Origin: Tubulanus polymorphus
Taxonomy: Eukaryota > Animalia > Nemertea
DNA: 64,000 nucleotides
Direction: 5' to 3'
NCBI RefSeq assembly: GCF_964204645.1
Contig: NC_134028.1
Span: 14,515,653-14,579,652, forward strand
Below, one piece after another: positions 24,267 through 35,609 of the stretch. Position 1 is the first letter of the stretch; the number at the start of each line of letters is the position of its first letter. The position numbers and the translations under genes were made by a program. The notes beneath the pieces are model-generated. The model had not been told where the DNA came from, made no database searches, and was given only the letters and a program-made list of their open reading frames with translations.

Positions 24267-27053
24267 TACTAACGAGGATATCATCCACCCGCTAAGCAGT
24301 CTATTACTACGTGATACTAAACTATAAATACGTACTACTAATACCGGTACCATTCTATTCTCACAAGATTGATTTTTCAAAATCAATCTTGTTTTTCAAA
24401 TTGTATTAATTCCAACGAACGAATTGGCGGTTGCGGGGCCGCCCAGCGTGGCAAAAATTCAAAAAACAATCGGATCAACCCGCTCGTAATGAATGATTAG
24501 GCTTCCGTTTATATAATTTCTTAATCTTCTACTTCATATGAACTATTTTTCTTCTTTTCCTGGAGAGCGCGATGATTTGTTTGCACGGTGGCCCGCAACC
24601 AAATCATCGTGCCACCTCTGAAATCTTCAATTTATAATAGTTTGAATACGGGGGTGATTGCCACTTGGGTTGTGACACTGTTAAGCCGTTAGAAAGAAGG
24701 TCCTAGAAAGAACGCAAAAACCGTAAAGTTTCCCAAGTCTCCGTTTCTACCTAACGCATGCGCATTAGTCAGTGCTGGAATTGCTCTAAGTCGAGAAATC
24801 GGCACATTGCGCATGCGGCACTACATGTGAGCTACATGTAACCTTTAATGACTAATAGTCGCTGTAGTTTCCATTAGGTTCGAATCCCGTAAAAATATTG
24901 ATCTTATTTACGCTGGTTCATCTTATAAGCGGCGCTATCAGATTCGAAACCCGAAAATTACTGATCGTATTTCAAGCGTTACGACATGAACTTTGATGAT
25001 TAAAGTGTCACTGGGTTATTGTTTGCCGAGTAAAAAAGTGATAGCATCCCGGATATGAAATAATGAACTTTGATAGCCCCAGGATTTACTTTTAAGTGCT
25101 ATTAGGTTCGAATCCCGAATGTGTAGCAGAAAAATACATTCATCCTTTATAATATACCGATATATATCTTAGATTTTTAGCTTATGGCAAGACCACTTGA
25201 ACACCTGTCATTCCCAAAAATACAAATGATCCTCTAAGAGGATCATGAAGAGTCTTAAGTGACCAAACAAACTGCGCCTTCCCGCTGCGCAAAAGTTCAC
25301 GCAGGTTCATTCCGTTATAGTTCTATGTTTCAGCGTTCTGACATGACCCATACACATGTAGCGACGCATGCGCACGCGACCAATTTCTGGACTTAGAGGA
25401 TTTCCCCAACACAGAAAGTACAGCTAATTCAAAATGGCCGACATTGTTTACTTTTTGAAGCGAAGAATTCGCTCGATTTAAACATCAATTCCGTTGCAAA
25501 AAAGGAACTACAGACAACTATATCATTTATTTGTTGAATGAGAAACCACCGTTTATTTATAAAGTAGGTTTTTGAGCATAGTTCATTTTCATGAAGTGAG
25601 TTTTGACAGTATAAAGATTCGTCGTTTTTCGGTTTTCCCAGCGGTGCGGAATAAAAATCCAAGATGGCGGCCCCCGGTGCCGGTCGCTATTCTAAGAACC
25701 TCTTACTATTTGTTATTGCAGCGATTGCATAACTATATATATATATCAATATATGATATCCCCCAGCTAATGTCAAACTTAAGTCACTTCTATCAATTGT
25801 TCTTCAAAGTTCAAATTCACAGGTCTAACTCCAGTTCCTAACCCTTTTAGTTTCAATACCACGTTTCACCAAGAATCTTAGTGTCTGATGTACCACAGAC
25901 ACTAAGTCTAAGATGCGAACGACATTTTCTCGATACTTTTAGATCACTGCAGCTTTAAACCACCAGAAATCCAGTTTCACCAAACCGATTGTGAAAAATG
26001 AACTCTCTTTACAAACCTCAAACATTCAGTTTTCTTATTATTATATTCATTCGGAGGTTCCTTCATCATAGTCTGTGCTTGATGCCATATAAATACAGAA
26101 ATAGCAAAAATGACACCATTTTTTCACTTTGAAACTAGGCATTGTAACACTGTAGTTCGTTAGCAACAAGACACTTGAGCGATGCGTGTCTCATCACTAA
26201 ACAGCGCATCATTTTTGTATCTTAAATTTAATTGTACTAAAATCAGATTTATCGTCAAAATGATATAATGAACAAAAGTAAGACATCATAAGGTTAGTGT
26301 AGATAGTTTATTTATCAAAATCGGTTGTTTATTTGCCGAGATATCGCAGTTTGAACACGGACAAAAAAGCCGACCAAATTCTGGTCGGCAACTGTACAGC
26401 GAATTTGAATGCACGCGTCTGGGTGGTTGGTTGCACTGGGATCGTAGAGCGACGGAGATCACTGGTGGAGACAACCACTGCCAGTGCTGGGTGAATACCA
26501 CATAGGCCTAGGCCTTATAGTGTCTCCGCTGTTTTAAGAACAACTAAAAAATGGTGTATTCCTCCACTTATTTACCCACTTTTCAACCGATATTTCGGAA
26601 GGCCGGATGTAAGGGGTGTGATTGGCCTTGGGTATTATTTCTGGCCTCAGAAAATTGTTACCTATGTATTTGACACTGATATAATATGTAATAGGGGCCT
26701 ATGTAATAAATGAAATCTAAGTGACGGACGCCTCGTCACAGCTTGATTCAATTTTTCATAGTAAGAAATGATTGAAGCGATTGGGGAAAACAACCTCAAG
26801 TACGGGGTAATGAAGTCGAAAACACTCAAAATATTGTCAGTGACAAGGAACACACTTAAATGTTGTTAATGAAACTGGAAAGAGAATCAACTCCAATATT
26901 TCATATTGAAATTGTACTGTAGTTTAACCCAAAGCAATGAATTAATGAAGAAATTAAATCAATTCTTAGTCAAAACTTGGAAAATTTAAAATTAATGCTT
27001 GAGTTAAGGGGTGGGAAGAAAGAAGATGAAACTGTAACTCTGTAACTGTAAGT

Positions 27054-27123
27054 TTTGATTCATTTCTGAAATTTGGGCTTGATATAGGCCTATTATAAGC
27101 CCAAATTTCAGAAATGAATCAAA
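27054..27123. repeat. 70-nt hairpin with perfect 27-bp arms
   Basis: tttgattcatttctgaaatttgggctt / aagcccaaatttcagaaatgaatcaaa. Confidence 0.85.
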
Positions 27124-27274
27124 CCTCATAATTCTTTAATCTTATATTATAAGATCAAATGAAATTTAATATTTTAATTTTTGCGAGAAAAAAACTTGAA
27201 AAATTTCTTATAAATTAGGTCTTGGTACCACTGTCTGCTTCAAAGATTATTCTTTCGATTTAGATAAAGTGTCA

Positions 27275-28544
27275 TTTTTAGCCCACTTGGGACATTAGTC
27301 CCAGTGGGCTATTGCGTTCACTTTTTCGTCCGTTGCCGTCCGTCCGTAGACGGAATCCAGTTATTTTGGGAAGTTTTGAAGACGCTTCAAGGTAATGTCT
27401 TGATATTTGGTTAATACATGTATCTACCCTAGACACATCTTCAGCCCAAAAAATGGCCCTGTCAGAACCAAGTTGGCCGACTGGCAGCCATTGTTGTTCG
27501 CCAAAATCAGCACTTTTTACACATTTTTGAACTTATTGAGGGAAATTTTGAAGACGCTTTGATCAATTACCTTGATCTTTCGGATATATGTGAATCCCCC
27601 CAGGGCCCATCAGCATAACAAAAATTGGGTCGATCGGACTTAAGATGGCCGTCCTATGACCTTTTTAGTGCCCAAAAATGTTAATTTTGGCCCGAATTCT
27701 GAGTCCTGTAGCTTCCTACTGGTTTACCATTTCTCATTGCAATTTATGATGGGTATTCTTTGGAAAGGGATGTTTTATACCTGAGACAGTTATTTTTCAT
27801 CAGCCAATTATGACGCAATTGGCGGCCATCTTGGTGTCATCAGTACTCATTCGTAAGTGGGAAAAAGTTTTTCCACATTATATTGATACCTAAGCGTATT
27901 TTGTTACCACAATCATTAAGAAAGTTGTAGCTCATAACGTGTTCTATGATTGTAGTGAGTTTCAAGGTCATTGGATTTTGTATATGGCCACCAGGGGGCG
28001 TTGAATAATGCAATATCTTAGCATTTCTATATTATATTCGTACCTATGCATATTTTGTAACCACAATCGATTGGAAAGTTGTAGCTCATGACATCATCTA
28101 CTATTGTTGCGAGTTTTAAGGACATTGGGTATTCTATATGGTCACCAGGGGGCGTTGAATAGTAGAATAACTTAATATTTCCTTATTATATTGGTACCTA
28201 GGCATATTTTGTTACCATGATCAATTGCAAAGTTGTAGTTCATGACATGTTCTATGAATGTGATAAGTTTCGAGGTCATTGGGTTTTGAATATGGTCACC
28301 AGGGGGCGTTAAATAGTAGAATAACTTAGTTTTTCCATATTTAATTGGTAACGAGGCATATTTTGTTATCACAATCAATTACAAAATCGTAGCTGCTGAC
28401 ATGTTCTATGATTGTGGTGAGTTTCAAGGTTTCGCATTGGTTTTTGTATATGGTCACCAGGGGGCGTTGAATATTGAAATTGTTAGATTGTTGAGCATTT
28501 GGAACCACTTCCCAAGTGGGCATGGTGTCCCTGGACCCCTAGTT
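27275..28544 (+). mobile_element. Helentron-type non-autonomous element (HINE/DINE-1-like), family A
   Basis: T-run start, subTIR gcccacttggga (27281) / tcccaagtgggc (28510), 5' hairpin, (gtcc)n microsatellite, ~155-bp internal tandem repeats x4, 3' hairpin plus ctagtt. Confidence 0.8.
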
Positions 28545-28597
28545 TGGAATTGAATCGAGTGGCCTCGGTAGCTCAGTGAGATAAGGCGTGATGCTGT

Positions 28598-28900
28598 TGT
28601 CTTGAATTCCATCCTTGTCCCTTCGGTTGAGCCGAGAAGTAACTTTTTAACGACCAGTTTTTCTAGTTTTCATGACTTTTTATTTATTCTTTACACTTCC
28701 GGTTCTGGCAAGTGAGCATTCACAGATTTTTTCCTATAGATGGCAGCAGTAGCCAAGGTTACAATACAGAGTGTTTCATAACAAATGTCACACCAAAAAT
28801 TGAACACAAATAAACAAACATATCGATGCCACTGCAATCAATCAATGACGTCGTTAATAATACTGATCAATAATAAAAAATATATTCGCACTTCGCGACA
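28598..28900 (-). repeat. 3' LTR
   Basis: Matches 35307-35609. Preceded on the minus strand by PPT-like ttggtgggag. Confidence 0.95.
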
Positions 28901-29490
28901 CTCCCACCAAGGAGAGCAAATAGTAATCTCACCTAATTTTATGATTAGAATTAGTAACTATTAATACTGGTTTATGCAATTCCAATTAGAGAATACTAAC
29001 TAATCAATAATGATAATACACATACACACACTTTAACTCCTTACAAAACATAACTCCTACATTAATTTTCCTAACACACGTCACAGTGTTTTTTCTTTTT
29101 AAATGAAAATAATCAATCTTTTACTTTACGTTCATTTTATGAGTTTCCATTATAATACCCTGAAATTACTTTACACCCTTAACGGTATTTAAACAGCAAC
29201 GGAGTAAATATAGTTCTTTTCACAGTCACCAAGAAAAAATGTAGGCTCTTTAATACGCACGCAGTTCATACCGTTATAATACACCAACGCCGCACAAATA
29301 ACAGTCAGTTTTTTTTTGTTTTAACTATATTCACCACTGATCCAGTCCGTTACTAGTTGAATGACGTATTACTTCACTTTGCGGAAATCATACGGAATTT
29401 ATCTACGCACGAAGCTGCTTTATTATATATAACTGTGAGCTAAAAAGCTCACAACTGACCATAGCACTAGCAGCAAAGATTTTCGAATCT

Positions 29491-32400
29491 TTAAGCACAA
29501 TCAAAACAGAATAGCATGAATGATCCCGCTGGATCTTCGTCGTTAATCCATCCTTTGATTTTATCCCGAGCTGCTCGAGCAGCTGAACGTTTTGGATGAT
29601 CCGGGAATATCACGCTTTTTTCCTGTGGTACAGGTACATTAGACACATTCGGAGGATCCGGGTATATGTTGTCTCGTTTCGCTACAGCTACATCTGACCC
29701 CATTGGTAAGGACGATGGACATTCCAGGGGGTATAGATGTCCAATAGATCTTTTTAACGTGTTGCCAGTGGACAATCTGACAGTAGCTGATCTCGTTTCC
29801 CCATCCGCTGATCTCATCAAGGCCGACACAACTGCTAACTTCCAGCACCCTCGAGGCATCTTGTCCTCTTTAACTAGAACAACATCACCGACACTTGGCC
29901 TACTCTTACTTCTTATTCGGGGTGACCGGATTTTCGTTTGGTATCTTTCACGCAAACTCTGGAGATAGCTTGTCTGCCATATTTTCCAAAATTCATCCAC
30001 GTAGCTAAGACCACGTTTCCAGCATTTTACAAGATCTCTTGCCTCTTTTTGTTCATCATAATCTTCATCATCATCAACCAAATCAAAATTTATGTCCGGA
30101 ACTCCCACATTTGTTTTCATTGACATGAAAGAGTTCGGACTCAATATTTCACCCGAGTTGATGTCTTCACCAACATAGACTAATGGACGGCTATTGACTA
30201 CCGCCTCGACTTCTTTAGTCACTGTCAACATTTGATTAAGTTGTAACAGTCGTTTGCCCACTGCCCTTTTTAGAGCTCTCTTCACCACACCTACCATTCT
30301 TTCATATATTCCACCTTGCCATGGAGCTAATTCTGTGATATATCTCCAGGATATACCATTGTTTGACGCATAATTTATGACATCATTATTGGTCATCAAA
30401 GATCTCCATACTAGTTGTAGAACACGATCTCCTAGTTTTAACTGGGACGCATTGTCTGATAGAATTTCTTCTGGTTTCCCTCGTATAGCAACAAATCTTC
30501 TTACAGCTAGGAGGAATTCCTGAGTTGTCATGTTCATCACTACTTCTAGATGTACAGCTCTGACTGATAAGCATGTAAATAGACATAACCATATCTTCTT
30601 CACCTCACTACCCTCCTTCACATTAAAATGACCCATGTAATCGAGACCAACGTAGGTGAACGGTAGAGATCTCATCAGTCTGTTTGCCGGTAGTGGAGGC
30701 ATCGATGGTAATTCATACGGTCCGCCTTCTAACAAACGACATACATTACAATCGTTCAGTACTCTTCTAACCACATCTCGGCCTCGAGGAATCCAGTATT
30801 CTTTTCTGACTTCAGCAAGTGTCTGAGCAGTACCAGCATGTAGTTGTTTGCAATGACCGTGATACACCACAAGATTAGTGTAATGGTTCTTAGTAGGCAG
30901 TAACTTAGGTTGACCTCCGGGCAACTTCAAGTTAGAAAAACGTCCATAGCATCTCAAAATTCCATTTTTGTCCAACTGTAGACCCAAATCGGTTTTCAAC
31001 TTATTTTTCAAATTTTTCTGTACTGCATTGATGACTTCAGGGAATGCCGATTTCTGGATAAACTTATCCCATCTCAGTTTGGCTTCTTCAATCAAATGTA
31101 TGTTCAAACATTCTTCACCGACATGTTCTTTTTTCATCATCTTAAACAGTTTCAGAATCCATGCTGTTACTCTGAGTAACTTTATAAAGGAGGAGAATTT
31201 CTTCATATTCACTTCACATGGACCAATAAACTCAACGCTCAGGAGAGGGGTGCCCTCCCCAGCCACCAATTCTCCTTCTATTTCTTTAGTAAGAATCATT
31301 TCTTGCTCATGTACTTCATCGGCAGATTTATTCCATACCGGCCATTTATTTTCTTTCATAACAAATTCTGGACCATTCCACCAGATTTTTCTATTCATTT
31401 CTTCAACAGTGCATGGTCGAGTCGCAATATCTGCTGGATTTGATGCGCTTTCGACATAGTGCCACTGTACAGCTTGGTGTTTTCTAATTTCTTTCAGACG
31501 ATTTTCGATGAAGACAGGCTGTTTCTTCCTCGACTTGATCCAATTCAACACACACTGTGAATCCGTCCACAAATGAGTTTCATCTATTAGGGTTGGTAGT
31601 TCGTTCGTCACATAATTTAAACATCTCACGCCAATCAGCACAGCCATTAGTTCCATTCTTGGTATGGTACAACCTTTTTTCGGAGCTAACCTCGATTTGG
31701 CAAATATCAGATTGACTTTCTGTTCAGTAAAACTCTCAACCTTCAGGTATACAAGTGTTGAATAAGCTCTATCTGACGCATCACAGAAACATAACAGTAG
31801 GTACCTCAATGGATCTTTAACTCCCATATATCTGGGTACCCTCACAGTAGAAATCAAGTCTAATTGCCTTTCAATCCTCATCCACACAGATCTCTGTTCT
31901 TCAGTCAAATCATCATCCCAACCTTTTTCTTTCAACCATAACTCTTGAATCAACAATTTTCCTCCAAGAATCACTGGGGAAAATAGTCCAAGCGGATCAA
32001 AATGAGATGACAATCTCATCAATATTTGACATTTGGTATTTACAATATTTCTTTCTTTCATTTCTTTTTTCATGGATGGGATACTGAGTTCATCTCGTTT
32101 TCTATCCCATGTTACACCAAGGACCTTCATAACCACATCATTCTGTTCATGATCCTCCTTGAGTACGTTCTTCATAAATTCACTATCATTTGATGCATAA
32201 CATCTCAGATTCATTCCCATCTGATTAAAACTTTTCTTCGATTCTTCGTAGAATGTCTCTTTTCCACTGTCGATACTAACAACCATGTTGTCGACATACA
32301 TATTTTTTCGCATTTTTTCTGCTACAGCACTATTCTCAGTTCGTAAGTGATGATCAATTACAGCTGATAATAAGAATTGGCTTGAAATAACACCGAATGG

Positions 32401-35082
32401 TACTCTACAGAAGCGGTATGTCTGTATGTTTTCTGCTACACATGGTCCATCCACATCTTTCAGCCAAGGGAATCTTGTCACGTCACGCTGACTTTCATGC
32501 ATTGAGATTTGTAGGAAGGCTTTTTCAGCATCAGCCACAATTGCCACTTTATGAATCCTAAATCTCATCAGTAGACCACATAAGTCAGACAGTAACACAG
32601 GACCGCGGTACAGACATTCATTTAAACTCTTGTTCTCTCTTGTCCTCTTACACGACGCATCAAAAACGACTCGCACTTTAGTTGTCGTTTTCTGAGGTGT
32701 CATCACCGCATGATGTGGGATGTAGTGTATTTGGTTGTCTGTTGGTTTATCTTCAACCTTTTCGATGATATTCTTTTTTTCCTGATCTTCAAATATGGCT
32801 TGATATTGAGTCAGAAAATCTTTTGATGCACTCAGTTTCTTCATCAGTGATTTCAGTCTGTAGAAGGCGATATCCTTATTCTCTGGTAAATTCAACCATG
32901 AGTCTTCGATCCATGGCCACCGAACCATGTAACGACCATCTTCAAAACTTATGGAGGCTTGAAATTTTTCTAACGCCTTGTCGTCACTAGATATCTTTAT
33001 TTCTTCAGTTATACCAATTGCATCCAAGTCCCACAATCTTTCCACATGAGGGTTGGTGGCTGCCAATGCCATATCAGCCTTGGTATAAGAATGGAGGTTC
33101 GCAACCTCCTCCTCAGCATATGTCAAGATTAGCATACCAGGGTTTTGTTTCACATCTATCGCACTTTCACTTACTGATCTTCCTGACAATAACCACTCCA
33201 ATTTAGATTCAACCAAGAACAAGTTTTCTTCTACCTGTATCTTCCTCTGTTGTACCAGGTTCAAATAATAATCGTTACCAACCAACAAATCTACTTCAAA
33301 TATTTTTTGAGTCTTTGGTAAAGTATCAGCCAGTGACATCTCTTGGTCTGACAATATGACTTCTATTCTCTCTATCGTCTCAGGTCGAACGGGATTTTGA
33401 TGAAGTTTACCCGTTATCATGGGTATTATGGTAATATGTAACGTCATCAAGCTACCATCATTCAGTCTAATTTGCAAATATGATAATTTCCCATTGAGAT
33501 ATTTTGGTGTATTCGACCCAAACGTGTTGACAGGAATGTATTCTATTGCATACCAAGACAGCTTCAAACTTTTTGCTTTCAAGCTAGACATATACGTCCG
33601 ATAGCTTCCAGTGTCGAATACTAGTCGACCATCAACTTTGTTTTTGGTTACCGGATTCATCATGGATACCGTGGCTGTCTGCATACATACAAGTGGTCTG
33701 CCTACACCTGTAGCTACCATACTGAAATTCATTGTCAACATCCCGGATTCAGCTTCAGCTCCCCGTAGACTTGAACTCTGACTCGATTCAGCTACGCTAC
33801 CACTAGCTGACGTAAACAAATTCGGACAAATGCTACGATGATGGTCTTTCCTCACACCACAGTGTGCGCATAACCGGTTTACCATACATCTATCTTTTCT
33901 GTGACCCTTTTTCAGGCAAATATGGCAAACAGCCTTCAATTTCTTCTTCCGACCTTCAATTGTTGAAAATTTCGTGCACTCATCCGACCAATGGGAGTCA
34001 GTACAATAGAAACAGCGTGGAGAGTAACCACCGATGGCGCCTGTGGCAGTGGCTAACGTAGCCGACGGTGTATGTTGTCTTTTCTGATAATTGGTGAACT
34101 TGAAATTCGATCTCTGGTATTGGTGCTCATTGGGTTTAACCCTGCCAGTTGAACCATCATTCTGGTTCCTCTCCGCAACTTCTCGTGCCGAGATATAATT
34201 ATCGAGTGATTCTCGAAGTGACTTCACCGTCCACTTTTCGTCTTTTTCTTTCTGGATTTCAATTGTTACCAAACATGCTTTGGGTAATTTGGACATAATA
34301 ATCGATACGAAGACACTTTGATTAACATCTTGTTTTAAGACCTCTAATGACCGTAAATGTCTCTCAATATTGTCAAGAAGTTGACGTAGTTTTGCCGTTT
34401 GATTTGTTGACACTGGTAACTCGATGAGATTTACATAGTGCGCATTTATTAGCACTTGGGTATCCCCAAATCTTTCACAAAGCAGTTTAACTGCCACTTC
34501 ATAATTGGCATTGGAGATCGTCAGACCAGCAATAGCATCTAGGGCTTCTCCAGTCAACAAACTTTTCAAGTATGTCATCTTCTCCACATCGGATAGGTTT
34601 TCATTTTTATGTATCGATGTCTCAAAATGATCCCAAAATTCTTGATACTGCATGGTATCGCCCGAAAATTTAGCAATACTCAATTTGGGCAGACTGACAG
34701 ATGTACTTTTTTCTTTACTAGTTGACGCCTTCTTCATACCAGTACTGTCTTCTGCTACCGTCAATTGAGCCATGGCTTCCGTTGCCATAGCAATTATATC
34801 AGTGTCTTCCTCGTCGAAAGACGCCATAACTTTTTCTTCCTTCTTTCTTTCAGTATCCTCAACGATTGAATCAACAGACTCTGCCAATTCATCCAGGGCT
34901 CTTTCAAATTTTGAAAGATAATTTCCTATTAATATTTTGAGTGTGGCAACTTTTTTCCGTAGCTCACTCACGTCATCCTTTTTCGCTTCAGCTTCAGCCA
35001 ACAACGACCTCTTTTTTTCAACCTCTTTTTTTATGAGGTTCATATACCTTGTACGACTACCTTTCTTAGAAGAGACAGACAT
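29491..35082 (-). CDS. BEL/Pao gag-pol polyprotein (1863 aa)
   Basis: DUF1759-like LPKLSIAKFSGD..FWDHF, three Cys-His knuckles, protease FDTGS, RT VRVVFDAS/YVDN, RNase H FCDAS/WTDS/NPAD, integrase HHCC plus GLDY/SDNA/WQGGIYERMV. Order PR-RT-RH-IN. Confidence 0.96.
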   Translation of the reverse strand: MSVSSKKGSRTRYMNLIKKEVEKKRSLLAEAEAKKDDVSELRKKVATLKILIGNYLSKFERALDELAESVDSIVEDTERKKEEKVMASFDEEDTDIIAMATEAMAQLTVAEDSTGMKKASTSKEKSTSVSLPKLSIAKFSGDTMQYQEFWDHFETSIHKNENLSDVEKMTYLKSLLTGEALDAIAGLTISNANYEVAVKLLCERFGDTQVLINAHYVNLIELPVSTNQTAKLRQLLDNIERHLRSLEVLKQDVNQSVFVSIIMSKLPKACLVTIEIQKEKDEKWTVKSLRESLDNYISAREVAERNQNDGSTGRVKPNEHQYQRSNFKFTNYQKRQHTPSATLATATGAIGGYSPRCFYCTDSHWSDECTKFSTIEGRKKKLKAVCHICLKKGHRKDRCMVNRLCAHCGVRKDHHRSICPNLFTSASGSVAESSQSSSLRGAEAESGMLTMNFSMVATGVGRPLVCMQTATVSMMNPVTKNKVDGRLVFDTGSYRTYMSSLKAKSLKLSWYAIEYIPVNTFGSNTPKYLNGKLSYLQIRLNDGSLMTLHITIIPMITGKLHQNPVRPETIERIEVILSDQEMSLADTLPKTQKIFEVDLLVGNDYYLNLVQQRKIQVEENLFLVESKLEWLLSGRSVSESAIDVKQNPGMLILTYAEEEVANLHSYTKADMALAATNPHVERLWDLDAIGITEEIKISSDDKALEKFQASISFEDGRYMVRWPWIEDSWLNLPENKDIAFYRLKSLMKKLSASKDFLTQYQAIFEDQEKKNIIEKVEDKPTDNQIHYIPHHAVMTPQKTTTKVRVVFDASCKRTRENKSLNECLYRGPVLLSDLCGLLMRFRIHKVAIVADAEKAFLQISMHESQRDVTRFPWLKDVDGPCVAENIQTYRFCRVPFGVISSQFLLSAVIDHHLRTENSAVAEKMRKNMYVDNMVVSIDSGKETFYEESKKSFNQMGMNLRCYASNDSEFMKNVLKEDHEQNDVVMKVLGVTWDRKRDELSIPSMKKEMKERNIVNTKCQILMRLSSHFDPLGLFSPVILGGKLLIQELWLKEKGWDDDLTEEQRSVWMRIERQLDLISTVRVPRYMGVKDPLRYLLLCFCDASDRAYSTLVYLKVESFTEQKVNLIFAKSRLAPKKGCTIPRMELMAVLIGVRCLNYVTNELPTLIDETHLWTDSQCVLNWIKSRKKQPVFIENRLKEIRKHQAVQWHYVESASNPADIATRPCTVEEMNRKIWWNGPEFVMKENKWPVWNKSADEVHEQEMILTKEIEGELVAGEGTPLLSVEFIGPCEVNMKKFSSFIKLLRVTAWILKLFKMMKKEHVGEECLNIHLIEEAKLRWDKFIQKSAFPEVINAVQKNLKNKLKTDLGLQLDKNGILRCYGRFSNLKLPGGQPKLLPTKNHYTNLVVYHGHCKQLHAGTAQTLAEVRKEYWIPRGRDVVRRVLNDCNVCRLLEGGPYELPSMPPLPANRLMRSLPFTYVGLDYMGHFNVKEGSEVKKIWLCLFTCLSVRAVHLEVVMNMTTQEFLLAVRRFVAIRGKPEEILSDNASQLKLGDRVLQLVWRSLMTNNDVINYASNNGISWRYITELAPWQGGIYERMVGVVKRALKRAVGKRLLQLNQMLTVTKEVEAVVNSRPLVYVGEDINSGEILSPNSFMSMKTNVGVPDINFDLVDDDEDYDEQKEARDLVKCWKRGLSYVDEFWKIWQTSYLQSLRERYQTKIRSPRIRSKSRPSVGDVVLVKEDKMPRGCWKLAVVSALMRSADGETRSATVRLSTGNTLKRSIGHLYPLECPSSLPMGSDVAVAKRDNIYPDPPNVSNVPVPQEKSVIFPDHPKRSAARAARDKIKGWINDEDPAGSFMLFCFDCA

Positions 35083-35282
35083 CTTTCTTTCTTTTTTTCT
35101 TTTTTTTTTTTTCTTTATTTTTTTATTTTTTTTTTTTTTACCTCTACACTTTCACAGTGGGACGGGAGGATGTTGTACAGACCAACTCGAAAAAACTCAC
35201 CACGTGCACGTGTTCATTTTTCCCTCTCGATTTCTTCGAATTCTGGTGTTCAATTTCTCTAACACCACTATCAATACTTAGT

Positions 35283-35300
35283 TCCCGGGTTTCGGCACCA
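35283..35300 (-). promoter_or_regulatory. Primer-binding site complementary to the tRNA-Phe 3' end
   Basis: Minus strand TGGTGCCGAAACCCGGGA, 6 nt inside the 5' LTR boundary. Confidence 0.85.
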
Positions 35301-35306
35301 TAATTA

Positions 35307-35609
35307 TGTCTTGAATTCCATCCTTGTCCCTTCGGTTGAGCCGAGAAGTAACTTTTTAACGACCAGTTTTTCTAGTTTTCATGACTTTTTATTTATTCTT
35401 TACACTTCCGGTTCTGGCAAGTGAGCATTCACAGATTTTTTCCTATAGATGGCAGCAGTAGCCAAGGTTACAATACAGAGTGTTTCATAACAAATGTCAC
35501 ACCAAAAATTGAACACAAATAAACAAACATATCGATGCCACTGCAATCAATCAATGACGTCGTTAATAATACTGATCAATAATAAAAAATATATTCGCAC
35601 TTCGCGACA
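35307..35609 (-). repeat. 5' LTR
   Basis: No differences from 28598-28900 seen by eye. Confidence 0.95.

Larger units (their letters stand above)
28598..35609 (-). mobile_element. Full-length BEL/Pao LTR retrotransposon
   Basis: Two 303-bp TG...CA LTRs, TSD gctgt (28593-28597 / 35610-35614), PBS, PPT and a single gag-pol ORF. Confidence 0.97.

Noticed and set aside
29639-35281. Antisense and overlapping ORFs in the BEL element; env-like gene
   Set aside because: Shadows of the long ORF or low-complexity sequence. The 3' region 28901-29490 has no extra ORF.
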